Assembly: GCA_049322255.1 (NCBI GenBank)
Contig: JBMORE010000015.1
Span: 1 to 36,055, forward strand
DNA length: 36,055 nt
Origin: Myxococcota bacterium
Lineage (GTDB): Bacteria; Myxococcota; Myxococcia; Myxococcales; Myxococcaceae
Direction of reading: 5' to 3'
Numbering within the stretch: the first letter of the stretch is position 1; each line of letters starts with the position of its first letter. Position numbers and translations under genes: made by a program. The notes under the pieces are model-generated. The model was not told the origin of the DNA, ran no database searches, and was given only the letters and a program-made list of their open reading frames with translations. Below are positions 35,959 through 36,055 of this stretch, in pieces.

Positions 35959-36054
35959 TTACCGCTCGTAGGCTCCGATATCCCACTGTCCTTGGGGACG
36001 CTGGATTCCGTCCAAGTCGTAGGCGATCGAACGTCCGTAACGTGACTCGAACAC
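35959..36054 (-). CDS. 3' end of a secreted protein with a choice-of-anchor Q-like C-terminus (5' truncated by window; not in ORF track)
   Basis: Minus strand reads VFESRYGRSIAYDLDGIQRPQGQWDIGAYER*, matching the D..G..RP.G..DIGAYE motif. Confidence 0.7.
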   Translation of the reverse strand: MFESRYGRSIAYDLDGIQRPQGQWDIGAYER

Positions 36055-36055
36055 G

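Overview
GC-rich bacterial chromosome segment, very probably myxobacterial (Myxococcota): it has an AgmX/PglI-type protein, a Ser/Thr kinase-PEGA module, DAG/DGG-linker lipoproteins and a FYDLN protein. From left to right: (1) BMP-type nucleoside ABC transporter operon, followed by a methyltransferase/coiled-coil gene, a hypothetical gene and a sigma-54 activator with a degenerate receiver; (2) a Cys-rich repeat lipoprotein converging on a TPR / beta-propeller lipoprotein / tandem double Ser/Thr kinase operon; (3) deoC - DksA/TraR - phospho-sugar mutase - beta-barrel, divergent from two secreted ComEC-like metallo-beta-lactamase-fold proteins plus DUF3006; (4) a GNAT/DUF1778 toxin-antitoxin pair; (5) an AgmX-like gene, two EutN/CcmL microcompartment vertex genes, a class II aldolase and an MFS transporter; (6) FYDLN protein, polyferredoxin, cupredoxin-like lipoprotein, zinc-ribbon protein and RNase HI; (7) a variable region with VapBC and MazEF modules, an exact 267-bp duplicate of the RNase H 3' end and a split VOC gene; (8) a serine hydrolase cassette, RNase P RNA (rnpB) and the tail of a gene running off the right edge. 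The best candidate system is a dispersed DNA/nucleoside-scavenging pathway coupled to a bacterial microcompartment: secreted nuclease-like proteins, nucleoside import, pentose mutase, DeoC with an encapsulation-peptide-like N-terminus, vertex proteins and an aldolase. A REP-like palindrome also sits in frame inside the ABC ATPase gene. All family calls are from motif recognition by eye; no searches were run.
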